Shown: piece by piece, positions 12,663 to 26,625 of the stretch
How the letters are laid out: the number at the start of each line of letters is the position of its first letter
Numbering within the stretch: position 1 is the first letter of the stretch
Source: Eledone cirrhosa
Lineage: Eukaryota
DNA length: 64,000 nt
NCBI GenBank assembly: GCA_964016885.1
Contig: OZ024750.1
Span: 42,160,001 to 42,224,000 of the forward strand
Direction: 5' to 3'
Program-made: the position numbers and the translations under genes
The notes under the pieces: model-generated
The model's input: the letters and a program-made list of their open reading frames with translations, nothing else
Databases searched by the model: none
What the model was told of the DNA's origin: nothing

Positions 12663-12670
<8 letters not shown>
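12413..12670 (+). mobile_element. second Penelope-like fragment with a degenerate hammerhead (~12560-12625)
   Basis: Shares the TATAACTGATATAAA(A)GCACTC leader with 11610; TATTTTGT-CTGAGGA-stem II (CATATT/AATATG)-AAAA (GAAA mutated)-TATATA-TA-ATGAAATA. Confidence 0.6.
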
Positions 12671-12693
<23 letters not shown>

Positions 12694-12899
12694 TACACAC
12701 ACATTCTGCCTAATTAAAGTAGGACATAACACAATGCTAGAACTCAATGTAATGTAGATATTCATATCTTACAGAATCAAGGTGAAATTTATTTTAATGG
12801 AAGAACTATCTTATATGATTTTGAGGTTTTAAAGAAGTTCAGAGTCAGATATAGAGGTAGGACAATGGGAACAACAGTATTTTATATGGTGTTGAGTAT

Positions 12900-13315
12900 T
12901 TAACCCTTTAGCATTTACGTTAATTTATATTGGCGGTGGATTGGCAGTATCGGTAGAGAGTCGGACGCCATGCTTTCCAGCATAGTTACGTCCCTTTACG
13001 ATCTGAGTTCAAATCCCGCCGAGGTTGACTTTGCCTTTCATCCTTACGGGGTCGATAAAATAAAGTACCAGTAATGCACTGGGTAATTGCTGGCCTTGTG
13101 CCAAAAGTAGAAACAATTAACTATTATATTTTCACAGTAAAGACTTTACCTCACATTATTATCTAACATAATATCAAATCTATGAGAATTTGATATTATT
13201 TATTTTGAGAAGAATACCTTAACATAAGTATAATCAGCTGCTTGTGGTCGGTTTTAACAGAAAGAGGTGAGAGAATTCTGGCTGGATTTGGCCGGTTTAG
13301 ATGCTAAAGGGTTAA
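12900..13315 (+). mobile_element. M1 MITE with a nested SINE A (12932-13119)
   Basis: TTAACCCTTTAGCATT ... ATGCTAAAGGGTTAA with a full SINE A inside. Confidence 0.85.
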
Positions 13316-13371
13316 AAAAGAACCTCAGTCAAGACAATGGAAACAACAATATCTTATATGGTGTTGAGTAT

Positions 13372-13584
13372 TTAACCCTTTAATGTTCAAACCGGCCAAA
13401 ACCGGCCAGAATTCTCTACCTTTTTCTGTTGAAACTGGCTGCAACTGGTCACTCAAACCGATGTTAAGGTACTGTTCTCAAAATAAATACTTTCAAAATC
13501 TCATAGATTTGATATTATGTGAGATATTATGTGAGGTAAAGCATTTACTATGAAAATAGAGTTATGTGAATCTTAAAGGGTTAA
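13372..13584 (-). mobile_element. M1 MITE, single-unit copy
   Basis: TTAACCCTTTAATGTTCAAACCGG ... CTTAAAGGGTTAA. Confidence 0.85.
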
Positions 13585-13704
13585 AGAAGTTCAGAGTCAG
13601 ATATTGGGTCAGGACAATGGAAACAATGGTATCTTATATAGTGTTGAGTATTTAAAGAAGTTCAGAGTCAGGAAAATGGAAACAAGAAAGACGAACTTCT
13701 GTGT

Positions 13705-13919
13705 TTAATTAATCCATTATTTTACGTTCGTTTCAAAAGGTGAAATGAACCATAATAATATCAATATATTGACTAATCATAAGTTATATAATTATAACTT
13801 TATATTATTAACAAAACATATCTTATTGATCTCAGAAACATAACTGGTTAATGGTCAATATATTGATATCATGGTTCACTTCACTTTTTCAAATGATTCT
13901 AAAACAATGGATTAATTAA
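13705..13919. mobile_element. foldback/MITE-like element with ~65-bp imperfect terminal inverted repeats
   Basis: TTAATTAATCCATT ... TGAACCAT ... ATATCAATATATTGAC versus GTCAATATATTGATATCATGGTTCA ... AATGGATTAATTAA. Confidence 0.65.
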
Positions 13920-13986
13920 GGACTGGACTCTGTCTTTTTTGTTTCATTGTGCAACCTGTGTGTGTTTGTTTATGTTGTGTTACTTA

Positions 13987-14245
13987 TCATCAACATCATC
14001 ATCATCATCATATGTCCATTGTCCCATGCTTACATGTGTGGGTTGGGTGGCTCTTTCTCAGTACAGCTTCTCTCCACTTGTCACAGCTTCTCTCCACTTG
14101 TCACGTTCCTTTGTCATTTCCTCTGAGCAATCTGAGATCAGCTCTCACCACTTCCAATCAGGTAATCTTCTACTGTGGCTTCCTTCCACTGGGATTATTT
14201 GGCATTTCTTCACCTATCAGTCATCATCCATGTTCACCACATACC
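13987..14245 (-). mobile_element. RTE LINE 3' fragment, host of satellite A
   Basis: Minus strand reads VVNMDDD..VKKC..., then VVRADL..., then EMTKERDKWREAV, followed by an RTE-type 3' tail and (ATG)n. Confidence 0.8.
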
Positions 14246-17200
14246 CATACCAGTGCAGTCTTCTCGCCTACACTCATGTCCATACCAGTGCAGTCTTCTC
14301 TCCCACACATGTCCATACCAGTGCAGTCTTCTCGCTTACACTCATGTCCATACCAGTGCAGTCTTCTCTCCTACACTCATGTCCATACCAGTGCAGTCTT
14401 CTCTCCTACACATGTCCATACCAGTGCAGTCTTCTCTCCTACACTCATGTCCATACCAGTGCAGTCTTCTCTCCTACACTCATGTCCATACCAGTGCAGA
14501 CTTCTCTCCCACACATGTCCATACCAGTGCAGTCTTCTCTCCTACACATGTCCATACCAGTGCAGTCTTCTCTCCTACACACATGTCCATACCAGTGCAG
14601 TCTTCTCTCCTACACACATGTTCATACCAGTGCAGTCTTCTCTCCTGCACTCATGTCCATACCAGTGCAGTCTTCTCTCCCACACATGTCTATACCAGTG
14701 CAGTCTTCTCTCCTGCACATGTCCATACCAGTGCAGTCTTCTCTCCTACACATGTCCATACCAGTGCAGTCTTCTCTCCTACACATGTCCATACCAGTGC
14801 AGTCTTCTCTCCTACACACATGTCCATACCAGTGCAGTCTTCTCTCCTACACACATGTTCATACCAGTGCAGTCTTCTCTCCTGCACTCATGTCCATACC
14901 AGTGCAGTCTTCTCTCCCACACATGTCTATACCAGTGCAGTCTTCTCTCCTGCACATGTCCATACCAGTGCAGTCTTCTCTCCTACACATGTCCATACCA
15001 GTGCAGTCTTCTCTCCTACACATGTCCATACCAGTGCAGTCTTCTCTCCTGCACTCATGTCCATACCAGTGCAGTCTTCTCTCCTACACATGTCCATACC
15101 AGTGCAGTCTTCTCTCCTACACATGTCTATACCAGTGCAGTCTTCTCTCCTGCACTCATGTCCATACCAGTGCAGTCTTCTCTCCTACACATGTCCATAC
15201 CAGTGCAGTTTTCTCTCCTACACATGTCCATACCTGTGCAGTCTTCTCTCCTACACATGTCTATACCAGTGCAGTCTTCTCTCCTGCACTCATGTCCATA
15301 CCAGTGCAGTCTTCTCTCCTACACATGTCCATACCAGTGCAGTCTTCTCTCCTACACATGTCCATACCAGTGCAGTCTTCTCTCCTACACATGTCCATAC
15401 CAGTGCAGTCTTCTCTCCTACACATGTCTATACCAGTGCAGTCTTCTCTCCTACACATGTCCATACCAGTGCAGTCTTCTCTCCTACACATGTCTATACC
15501 AGTGCAGTCTTCTCTCCTACACATGTCCATACCAGTGCAGTCTTCTCTCCTACACATGTCCATACCAGTGCAGTCTTCTCTCCTACACACTTCTCCATAC
15601 CAGTGCAGTCTTCTCTCCTACACATGTCCATACCAGTGCAGTCTTCTCTCCTACACATGTCCATACCAGTGCAGTCTTCTCTCCTACACACATGTCCATA
15701 CCAGTGCAGTCTTCTCTCCTACACACATGTCCATACCTGTGCAGTCTTCTCTCCTACACATGTCCATACCAGTGCAGTCTTCTCTCCTACACATGTCCAT
15801 ACCAGTGCAGTCTTCTCTCCTACACATGTCCATACCAGTGCAGTCTTCTCTCCTACACATGTCTATACCAGTGCAGTCTTCTCTCCTACACATGTCCATA
15901 CCAGTGCAGTCTTCTCTCCTACACATGTCTATACCAGTGCAGTCTTCTCTCCTACACATGTCCATACCAGTGCAGTCTTCTCTCCTACACATGTCCATAC
16001 CAGTGCAGTCTTCTCTCCTACACACTTCTCCATACCAGTGCAGTCTTCTCTCCTACACATGTCCATACCAGTGCAGTCTTCTCTCCTACACATGTCCATA
16101 CCAGTGCAGTCTTCTCTCCTACACACATGTCCATACCAGTGCAGTCTTCTCTCCTACACATGTCCATACCAGTGCAGTTTTCTCTCCTACACACATGTCC
16201 ATACCAGTGCAGTCTTCTCTCCTACACATGTCCATACCAGTGCAGTCTTCTCTCCTACACATGTCCATACCAGTGCAGTCTTCTCTCCTACACATGTCCA
16301 TACCAGTGCAGTCTTCTCTCCTACACACATGTCCATACCTGTGCAGTCTTCTCTCCTACACATGTCCATACCAGTGCAGTCTTCTCTCCTACACATGTCC
16401 ATACCAGTGCAGTCTTCTCTCCTACACACATGTCCATACCAGTGCAGTCTTCTCTCCTACACATGTCCATACCAGTGCAGTCTTCTCTCCTACACTCATG
16501 TCCATACCAGTGCAGTCTTCTCTCCTACACATGTCCATACTTCTCTCCTACACATGTCCATACCAGTGCAGTTTTCTCTCCTACACATGTCCATACCTGT
16601 GCAGTCTTCTCTCCTACACATGTCCATACCAGTGCAGTCTTCTCTCCTGCACTCATGTCCATACCAGTGCAGTCTTCTCTCCTACACACATGTCCATACC
16701 AGTGCAGTCTTCTCTCCTACACATGTCCATACCAGTGCAGTCTTCTCTCCTACACACATGTCTATACCAGTGCAGTCTTCTCTCCTGCACTCATGTCTAT
16801 ACCAGTGCAGTCTTCTCTCCTACACTCATGTCTATACCAGTGCAGTCTTCTCTCCTGCACTCATGTCTATACCAGTGCAGTCTTCTCTCCTACACACATG
16901 TCCATACCAGTGCAGTCTTCTCTCCTACACACATGTCCATACCAGTGCAGTCTTCTCTCCTACACTCATGTCCATACCAGTGCAGTCTTCTCTCCTACAC
17001 ATGTCCATACCAGTGCAGTCTTCTCTCCTGCACTCATGTCCATACCAGTGCAGTCTTCTCTCCCACACATGTCTATACCAGTGCAGTCTTCTCTCCCACA
17101 CATGTCCATACCAGTGCAGTCTTCTCTCCTACACATGTCCATACCAGTGCAGTCTTCTCTCCTACACATGTCTATACCAGTGCAGTCTTCTCTCCTACAC

Positions 17201-20200
17201 ATGTCCATACCAGTGCAGTCTTCTCTCCTACACACTTCTCCATACCAGTGCAGTCTTCTCTCCTACACACTTCTCCATACCAGTGCAGTCTTCTCTCCTA
17301 CACATGTCCATACCAGTGCAGTCTTCTCTCCTACACATGTCCATACCAGTGCAGTCTTCTCTCCTACACATGTCCATACCAGTGCAGTCTTCTCTCCTAC
17401 ACATGTCCATACCAGTGCAGTCTTCTCTCCTACACACATGTCCATACCTGTGCAGTCTTCTCTCCTACACATGTCCATACCAGTGCAGTCTTCTCTCCTA
17501 CACATGTCCATACCAGTGCAGTCTTCTCTCCTACACACATGTCCATACCAGTGCAGTCTTCTCTCCTACACATGTCCATACCAGTGCAGTCTTCTCTCCT
17601 ACACTCATGTCCATATCAGTGCAGTCTTCTCTCCTACACATGTCCATACCAGTGCAGTTTTCTCTCCTACACATGTCCATACCTGTGCAGTCTTCTCTCC
17701 TACACATGTCCATACCAGTGCAGTCTTCTCTCCTGCACTCATGTCCATACCAGTGCAGTCTTCTCTCCTACACACATGTCCATACCAGTGCAGTCTTCTC
17801 TCCTACACATGTCCATACCAGTGCAGTCTTCTCTCCTACACATGTCTATACCAGTGCAGTCTTCTCTCCTACACATGTCCATACCAGTGCAGTCTTCTCT
17901 CCTACACATGTCTATACCAGTGCAGTCTTCTCTCCTACACATGTCCATACCAGTGCAGTCTTCTCTCCTACACACATGTCCATACCAGTGCAGTCTTCTC
18001 TCCTACACATGTCCATACCAGTGCAGTCTTCTCTCCTACACATGTCCATACCAGTGCAGTCTTCTCTCCTACACATGTCCATACCAGTGCAGTCTTCTCT
18101 CCTACACACATGTCCATACCTGTGCAGTCTTCTCTCCTACACATGTCCATACCAGTGCAGTCTTCTCTCCTACACATGTCCATACCAGTGCAGTCTTCTC
18201 TCCTACACACATGTCCATACCAGTGCAGTCTTCTCTCCTACACATGTCCATACCAGTGCAGTCTTCTCTCCTACACTCATGTCCATACCAGTGCAGTCTT
18301 CTCTCCTACACATGTCCATACCAGTGCAGTTTTCTCTCCTACACATGTCCATACCTGTGCAGTCTTCTCTCCTACACATGTCCATACCAGTGCAGTCTTC
18401 TCTCCTGCACTCATGTCCATACCAGTGCAGTCTTCTCTCCTACACACATGTCCATACCAGTGCAGTCTTCTCTCCTACACATGTCCATACCAGTGCAGTC
18501 TTCTCTCCTACACACATGTCTATACCAGTGCAGTCTTCTCTCCTGCACTCATGTCCATACCAGTGCAGTCTTCTCTCCTACACACATGTCTATACCAGTG
18601 CAGTCTTCTCTCCTGCACTCATGTCTATACCAGTGCAGTCTTCTCTCCTACACATGTCCATACCAGTGCAGTCTTCTCTCCTACACTCATGTCTATACCA
18701 GTGCAGTCTTCTCTCCTGCACTCATGTCTATACCAGTGCAGTCTTCTCTCCTACACATGTCCATACCTGTGCAGTCTTCTCTCCTACACATGTCCATACC
18801 TGTGCAGTCTTCTCTCCTACACATGTCCATACCAGTGCAGTCTTCTCTCCTACACATGTCCATACCAGTGCAGTCTTCTCTCCTACACATGTCCATACCA
18901 GTGCAGTCTTCTCTCCTACACATGTCCATACCAGTGCAGTCTTCTCTCCTACACACATGTCCATACCTGTGCAGTCTTCTCTCCTACACATGTCCATACC
19001 AGTGCAGTCTTCTCTCCTACACATGTCCATACCAGTGCAGTCTTCTCTCCTACACACATGTCCATACCAGTGCAGTCTTCTCTCCTACACATGTCCATAC
19101 CAGTGCAGTCTTCTCTCCTACACTCATGTCCATACCAGTGCAGTCTTCTCTCCTACACATGTCCATACCAGTGCAGTTTTCTCTCCTACACATGTCCATA
19201 CCTGTGCAGTCTTCTCTCCTACACATGTCCATACCAGTGCAGTCTTCTCTCCTGCACTCATGTCCATACCAGTGCAGTCTTCTCTCCTACACACATGTCC
19301 ATACCAGTGCAGTCTTCTCTCCTACACATGTCCATACCAGTGCAGTCTTCTCTCCTACACACATGTCTATACCAGTGCAGTCTTCTCTCCTGCACTCATG
19401 TCTATACCAGTGCAGTCTTCTCTCCTACACTCATGTCTATACCAGTGCAGTCTTCTCTCCTACACATGTCCATACCTGTGCAGTCTTCTCTCCTACACAT
19501 GTCCATACCAGTGCAGTCTTCTCTCCTACACATGTCCATACCAGTGCAGTCTTCTCTCCTACACTCATGTCTATACCAGTGCAGTCTTCTCTCCTGCACT
19601 CATGTCTATACCAGTGCAGTCTTCTCTCCTACACATGTCCATACCTGTGCAGTCTTCTCTCCTACACATGTCCATACCTGTGCAGTCTTCTCTCCTACAC
19701 ATGTCCATACCTGTGCAGTCTTCTCTCCTACACATGTCCATACCAGTGCAGTCTTCTCTCCTACACATGTCCATACCAGTGCAGTCTTCTCTCCTACACA
19801 TGTCCATACCAGTGCAGTCTTCTCTCCTACACATGTCCATACCAGTGCAGTCTTCTCTCCTACACTCATGTCTATACCAGTGCAGTCTTCTCTCCTGCAC
19901 TCATGTCTATACCAGTGCAGTCTTCTCTCCTACACATGTCCATACCTGTGCAGTCTTCTCTCCTACACATGTCCATACCTGTGCAGTCTTCTCTCCTACA
20001 CATGTCCATACCTGTGCAGTCTTCTCTCCTACACATGTCCATACCTGTGCAGTCTTCTCTCCTACACATGTCCATACCAGTGCAGTCTTCTCTCCTACAC
20101 ATGTCCATACCAGTGCAGTCTTCTCTCCTACACATGTCCATACCAGTGCAGTCTTCTCTCCTACACTCATGTCTATACCAGTGCAGTCTTCTCTCCTACA

Positions 20201-23200
20201 CATGTCCATACCAGTGCAGTCTTCTCGCCTACACATGTCCATACCTGTGCAGTCTTCTCTCCTACACATGTCCATACCTGTGCAGTCTTCTCTCCTACAC
20301 ATGTCCATACCAGTGCAGTCTTCTCTCCTACACATGTCCATACCAGTGCAGTCTTCTCTCCTGCACTCATGTCTATACCAGTGCAGTCTTCTCTCCTGCA
20401 CATGTCCATACCAGTGCAGTCTTCTCTCCTGCACTCATGTCCATACCAGTGCAGTCTTCTCTCCCACACATGTCTATACCAGTGCAGTCTTCTCTCCTAC
20501 ACATGTCCATACCAGTGCAGTCTTCTCTCCTACACATGTCCATACCAGTGCAGTCTTCTCTCCTACACATGTCCATACCAGTGCAGTCTTCTCTCCTGCA
20601 CTCATGTCCATACCAGTGCAGTCTTCTCTCCTGCACTCATGTCCATACCAGTGCAGTCTTCTCTCCCACACATGTCTATACCAGTGCAGTCTTCTCTCCT
20701 ACACACATGTCCATACCAGTGCAGTCTTCTCTCCTGCACTCATGTCTATACCAGTGCAGTCTTCTCTCCTACACATGTCCATACCAGTGCAGTCTTCTCT
20801 CCTACACATGTCCATACCAGTGCAGTCTTCTCTCCTACACATGTCCATACCAGTGCAGTCTTCTCTCCTGCACTCATGTCCATACCAGTGCAGTCTTCTC
20901 TCCTGCACTCATGTCCATACCAGTGCAGTCTTCTCTCCCACACATGTCTATACCAGTGCAGTCTTCTCTCCTACACTCATGTCCATACCAGTGCAGTCTT
21001 CTCTCCTGCACTCATGTCTATACCAGTGCAGTCTTCTCTCCTACACACATGTCCATACCAGTGCAGTCTTCTCTCCTACACTCATGTCCATACCAGTGCA
21101 GTCTTCTCTCCTACACATGTCCATACCAGTGCAGTCTTCTCTCCTACACACATGTCCATACCAGTGCAGTCTTCTCTCCTACACATGTCCATACCAGTGC
21201 AGTCTTCTCTCCCACACATGTCTATACCAGTGCAGTCTTCTCTCCTGCACTCATGTCCATACCAGTGCAGTCTTCTCGCCTACACTCATGTCCATACCAG
21301 TGCAGTCTTCTCTCCCACACATGTCTATACCAGTGCAGTCTTCTCTCCTGCACTCATGTCTATACCAGTGCAGTCTTCTCTCCTGCACTCATGTCTATAC
21401 CAGTGCAGTCTTCTCGCCTACACTCATGTCCATACCAGTGCAGTCTTCTCTCCCACACATGTCTATACCAGTGCAGTCTTCTCTCCTGCACTCATGTCTA
21501 TACCAGTGCAGTCTTCTCTCCTGCACTCATGTCTATACCAGTGCAGTCTTCTCGCCTACACTCATGTCCATACCAGTGCAGTCTTCTCTCCCACACATGT
21601 CTATACCAGTGCAGTCTTCTCTCCTGCACTCATGTCTATACCAGTGCAGTCTTCTCTCCTGCACTCATGTCTATACCAGTGCAGTCTTCTCGCCTACACT
21701 CATGTCCATACCAGTGCAGTCTTCTCTCCCACACATGTCCATACCAGTGCAGTCTTCTCTCCTGCACTCATGTCCATACCAGTGCAGTCTTCTCTCCCAC
21801 ACATGTCTATACCAGTGCAGTCTTCTCTCCTGCACTCATGTCTATACCAGTGCAGTCTTCTCTCCTACACACATGTCCATACCAGTGCAGTCTTCTCTCC
21901 TACACACATGTCCATACCAGTGCAGTCTTCTCTCCTACACTCATGTCTATACCAGTGCAGTCTTCTCTCCTGCACTCATGTCCATACCAGTGCAGTCTTC
22001 TCTCCTACACATGTCCATACCAGTGCAGTCTTCTCTCCTACACATGTCCATACCAGTGCAGTCTTCTCTCCTACACTCATGTCTATACCAGTGCAGTCTT
22101 CTCTCCTACACATGTCCATACCAGTGCAGTCTTCTCTCCTGCACTCATGTCCATACCAGTGCAGTCTTCTCTCCTACACATGTCCATACCAGTGCAGTCT
22201 TCTCTCCTACACATGTCTATACCAGTGCAGTCTTCTCTCCTACACATGTCCATACCAGTGCAGTCTTCTCTCCTACACACATGTCCATACCAGTGCAGTC
22301 TTCTCTCCTACACACATGTCCATACCAGTGCAGTCTTCTCTCCTACACATGTCCATACCAGTGCAGTCTTCTCTCCTACACTCATGTCTATACCAGTGCA
22401 GTCTTCTCTCCTACACTCATGTCCATACCAGTGCAGTCTTCTCTCCTACACATGTCCATACCAGTGCAGTCTTCTCTCCTACACATGTCCATACCAGTGC
22501 AGTCTTCTCTCCTACACATGTCCATACCAGTGCAGTCTTCTCTCCTACACACATGTCCATACCAGTGCAGTCTTCTCTCCTACACACATGTCCATACCAG
22601 TGCAGTCTTCTCTCCTACACACATGTCCATACCAGTGCAGTCTTCTCTCCTACACACATGTCCATACCAGTGCAGTCTTCTCTCCTACACACATGTCCAT
22701 ACCAGTGCAGTCTTCTCTCCTACACACATGTCCATACAGGTGCAGTCTTCTCTCCTACACACATGTCCATACCAGTGCAGTCTTCTCTCCTACACATGTC
22801 CATACCAGTGCAGTCTTCTCTCCTACACACATGTCCATACCAGTGCAGTCTTCTCTCCTACACACATGTCCATACCAGTGCAGTCTTCTCTCCTACACAT
22901 GTCCATACCTGTGCAGTCTTCTCTCCTACACATGTCCATACCAGTGCAGTCTTCTCTCCTACACACATGTCCATACCAGTGCAGTCTTCTCTCCTACACA
23001 TGTCCATACCAGTGCAGTCTTCTCTCCTACACATGTCCATACCAGTGCAGTCTTCTCTCCTGCACTCATGCCTATACCAGTGCAGTCTTCTCTCCTGCAC
23101 TCATGTCCATACCAGTGCAGTCTTCTCTCCTACACATGTCCATACCAGTGCAGTCTTCTCTCCTACACACATGTCCATACCAGTGCAGTCTTCTCTCCTA

Positions 23201-25701
23201 CACACATGTCCATACCAGTGCAGTCTTCTCTCCTACACATGTCCATACCTGTGCAGTCTTCTCTCCTACACATGTCCATACCAGTGCAGTCTTCTCTCCT
23301 ACACATGTCCATACCAGTGCAGTCTTCTCTCCTACACATGTCCATACCAGTGCAGTCTTCTCTCCTGCACTCATGTCCATACCAGTGCAGTCTTCTCTCC
23401 TGCACTCATGTCCATACCAGTGCAGTCTTCTCTCCCACACATGTCTATACCAGTGCAGTCTTCTCTCCTACACTCATGTCCATACCAGTGCAGTCTTCTC
23501 TCCTGCACTCATGTCTATACCAGTGCAGTCTTCTCTCCTACACACATGTCCATACCAGTGCAGTCTTCTCTCCTACACTCATGTCCATACCAGTGCAGTC
23601 TTCTCTCCTACACATGTCCATACCAGTGCAGTCTTCTCTCCTACACACATGTCCATACCAGTGCAGTCTTCTCTCCTACACATGTCCATACCAGTGCAGT
23701 CTTTTCTCCCACACATGTCTATACCAGTGCAGTCTTCTCTCCTGCACTCATGTCCATACCAGTGCAGTCTTCTCGCCTACACTCATGTCCATACCAGTGC
23801 AGTCTTCTCTCCCACACATGTCTATACCAGTGCAGTCTTCTCTCCTGCACTCATGTCTATACCAGTGCAGTCTTCTCTCCTGCACTCATGTCTATACCAG
23901 TGCAGTCTTCTCGCCTACACTCATGTCCATACCAGTGCAGTCTTCTCTCCCACACATGTCTATACCAGTGCAGTCTTCTCTCCTGCACTCATGTCTATAC
24001 CAGTGCAGTCTTCTCTCCTGCACTCATGTCTATACCAGTGCAGTCTTCTCGCCTACACTCATGTCCATACCAGTGCAGTCTTCTCTCCCACACATGTCTA
24101 TACCAGTGCAGTCTTCTCTCCTGCACTCATGTCTATACCAGTGCAGTCTTCTCTCCTGCACTCATGTCTATACCAGTGCAGTCTTCTCGCCTACACTCAT
24201 GTCCATACCAGTGCAGTCTTCTCTCCCACACATGTCCATACCAGTGCAGTCTTCTCTCCTGCACTCATGTCCATACCAGTGCAGTCTTCTCTCCCACACA
24301 TGTCTATACCAGTGCAGTCTTCTCTCCTGCACTCATGTCTATACCAGTGCAGTCTTCTCTCCTACACACATGTCCATACCAGTGCAGTCTTCTCTCCTAC
24401 ACACATGTCCATACCAGTGCAGTCTTCTCTCCTACACTCATGTCTATACCAGTGCAGTCTTCTCTCCTGCACTCATGTCCATACCAGTGCAGTCTTCTCT
24501 CCTACACATGTCCATACCAGTGCAGTCTTCTCTCCTACACATGTCCATACCAGTGCAGTCTTCTCTCCTACACTCATGTCTATACCAGTGCAGTCTTCTC
24601 TCCTACACATGTCCATACCAGTGCAGTCTTCTCTCCTGCACTCATGTCCATACCAGTGCAGTCTTCTCTCCTACACATGTCCATACCAGTGCAGTCTTCT
24701 CTCCTACACATGTCTATACCAGTGCAGTCTTCTCTCCTACACATGTCCATACCAGTGCAGTCTTCTCTCCTACACACATGTCCATACCAGTGCAGTCTTC
24801 TCTCCTACACACATGTCCATACCAGTGCAGTCTTCTCTCCTACACATGTCCATACCAGTGCAGTCTTCTCTCCTACACTCATGTCTATACCAGTGCAGTC
24901 TTCTCTCCTACACTCATGTCCATACCAGTGCAGTCTTCTCTCCTACACATGTCCATACCAGTGCAGTCTTCTCTCCTACACATGTCCATACCAGTGCAGT
25001 CTTCTCTCCTACACATGTCCATACCAGTGCAGTCTTCTCTCCTACACACATGTCCATACCAGTGCAGTCTTCTCTCCTACACACATGTCCATACCAGTGC
25101 AGTCTTCTCTCCTACACACATGTCCATACCAGTGCAGTCTTCTCTCCTACACACATGTCCATACCAGTGCAGTCTTCTCTCCTACACACATGTCCATACC
25201 AGTGCAGTCTTCTCTCCTACACACATGTCCATACAGGTGCAGTCTTCTCTCCTACACACATGTCCATACCAGTGCAGTCTTCTCTCCTACACATGTCCAT
25301 ACCAGTGCAGTCTTCTCTCCTACACACATGTCCATACGAGTGCAGTCTTCTCTCCTACACACATGTCCATACCAGTGCAGTCTTCTCTCCTACACATGTC
25401 CATACCTGTGCAGTCTTCTCTCCTACACATGTCCATACCAGTGCAGTCTTCTCTCCTACACACATGTCCATACCAGTGCAGTCTTCTCTCCTACACATGT
25501 CCATACCAGTGCAGTCTTCTCTCCTACACATGTCCATACCAGTGCAGTCTTCTCTCCTGCACTCATGCCTATACCAGTGCAGTCTTCTCTCCTGCACTCA
25601 TGTCCATACCAGTGCAGTCTTCTCTCCTACACATGTCCATACCAGTGCAGTCTTCTCTCCTGCACTCATGTCTATACCAGTGCAGTCTTCTCTCCTGCAC
25701 A
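14246..25701. repeat. satellite A: ~340 units of 33/35 bp, CATGTCCATACCAGTGCAGTCTTCTCTCCTACA(CA/CT)
   Basis: Read directly; 11.5-kb array with higher-order duplications. Confidence 0.97.
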
Positions 25702-26140
25702 CTACTTCCGACATAAAAGAGATTGATAAAAAAATATACCAAACTTTAAAAAAAAAAAAAAAAATCAAAACAAAACCCAGGTTCAGTGAGTGGACATGAT
25801 AGACTGAATTCTTTTCAAGCAATGTCCAAGGATAGCTGGAGTCTAATGACTAAAACCAGTAGAAGGAGATACTTCTCTTATACACAATTGCTACTTTATT
25901 TTATTGACCCCAGAAGGATGAAAGTCAGAGTTGATCCTGGCGAGGGTTTGAACTCAGAATACAAAGAGCTGTGATTAAACACCATTTAATACTTTATTTG
26001 ACACATTAACGATTCTGAAAATTGATTGCAGTATATACAATAATGATTTCTTTATTATTTTATAAGTTGCAAACAGTAGACAATATAAATGGGGGTTGGG
26101 GGTTGTAAACAGTAGACAATATAAATGGGGTGGGGGTGAT

Positions 26141-26516
26141 TTAATCCTTTCATTACCATATTTTTAATGACATAAATTTTATTTTAGTTAATTAATGATT
26201 TTGAAGGGATTTCCTAAAAGTATTTCATTATTAAAATAGTATTTATAAAAACGTTTCTTATATAAAATTATGTTGAAAGATTTTAATTTAAATAGGAATT
26301 CTTTTAAATCTGGTTTTGTTACATAGAACTAGGAGTGGGGTTGTTACATAGAACTAGGGGTGGGGTTGTTACATAAAAATAGGGGTGGGGTTGTTACATT
26401 GAACCAGGAGTGGGGTTGTTACATTGAACCAGAGGTGGGTTTGTATCATAGAACCAGGGGTGGGTTTGTATCATAGAACCAGATGGTTTTAGATGGGTTG
26501 GTATCAAAAGAGTTAA
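26141..26516. mobile_element. TTAA-type MITE family M2 with an internal ~24-bp tandem repeat
   Basis: TTAATCCTTTCATTACCA ... TGGTATCAAAAGAGTTAA; TTGTTACATAGAACYAGGGGTGGGG-like unit about 7 times. Confidence 0.55.
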
Positions 26517-26625
26517 CCTAAAAAGATGTGTTGGTGAGTATTTGTTATTAGTAAAATCTATGAATGCTCAACAGATATAAAGACATTAGAATGTTTTGAG
26601 ACATTGAGTTAGGAATTCCTCTATT

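Noticed and set aside
13939-25799. Three ~3900-aa ORFs on the + strand
   Set aside because: The satellite unit has no stop in any + frame, and 33/35-bp units shuffle the same three peptides among all frames; the sequence is antisense RTE-derived repeat
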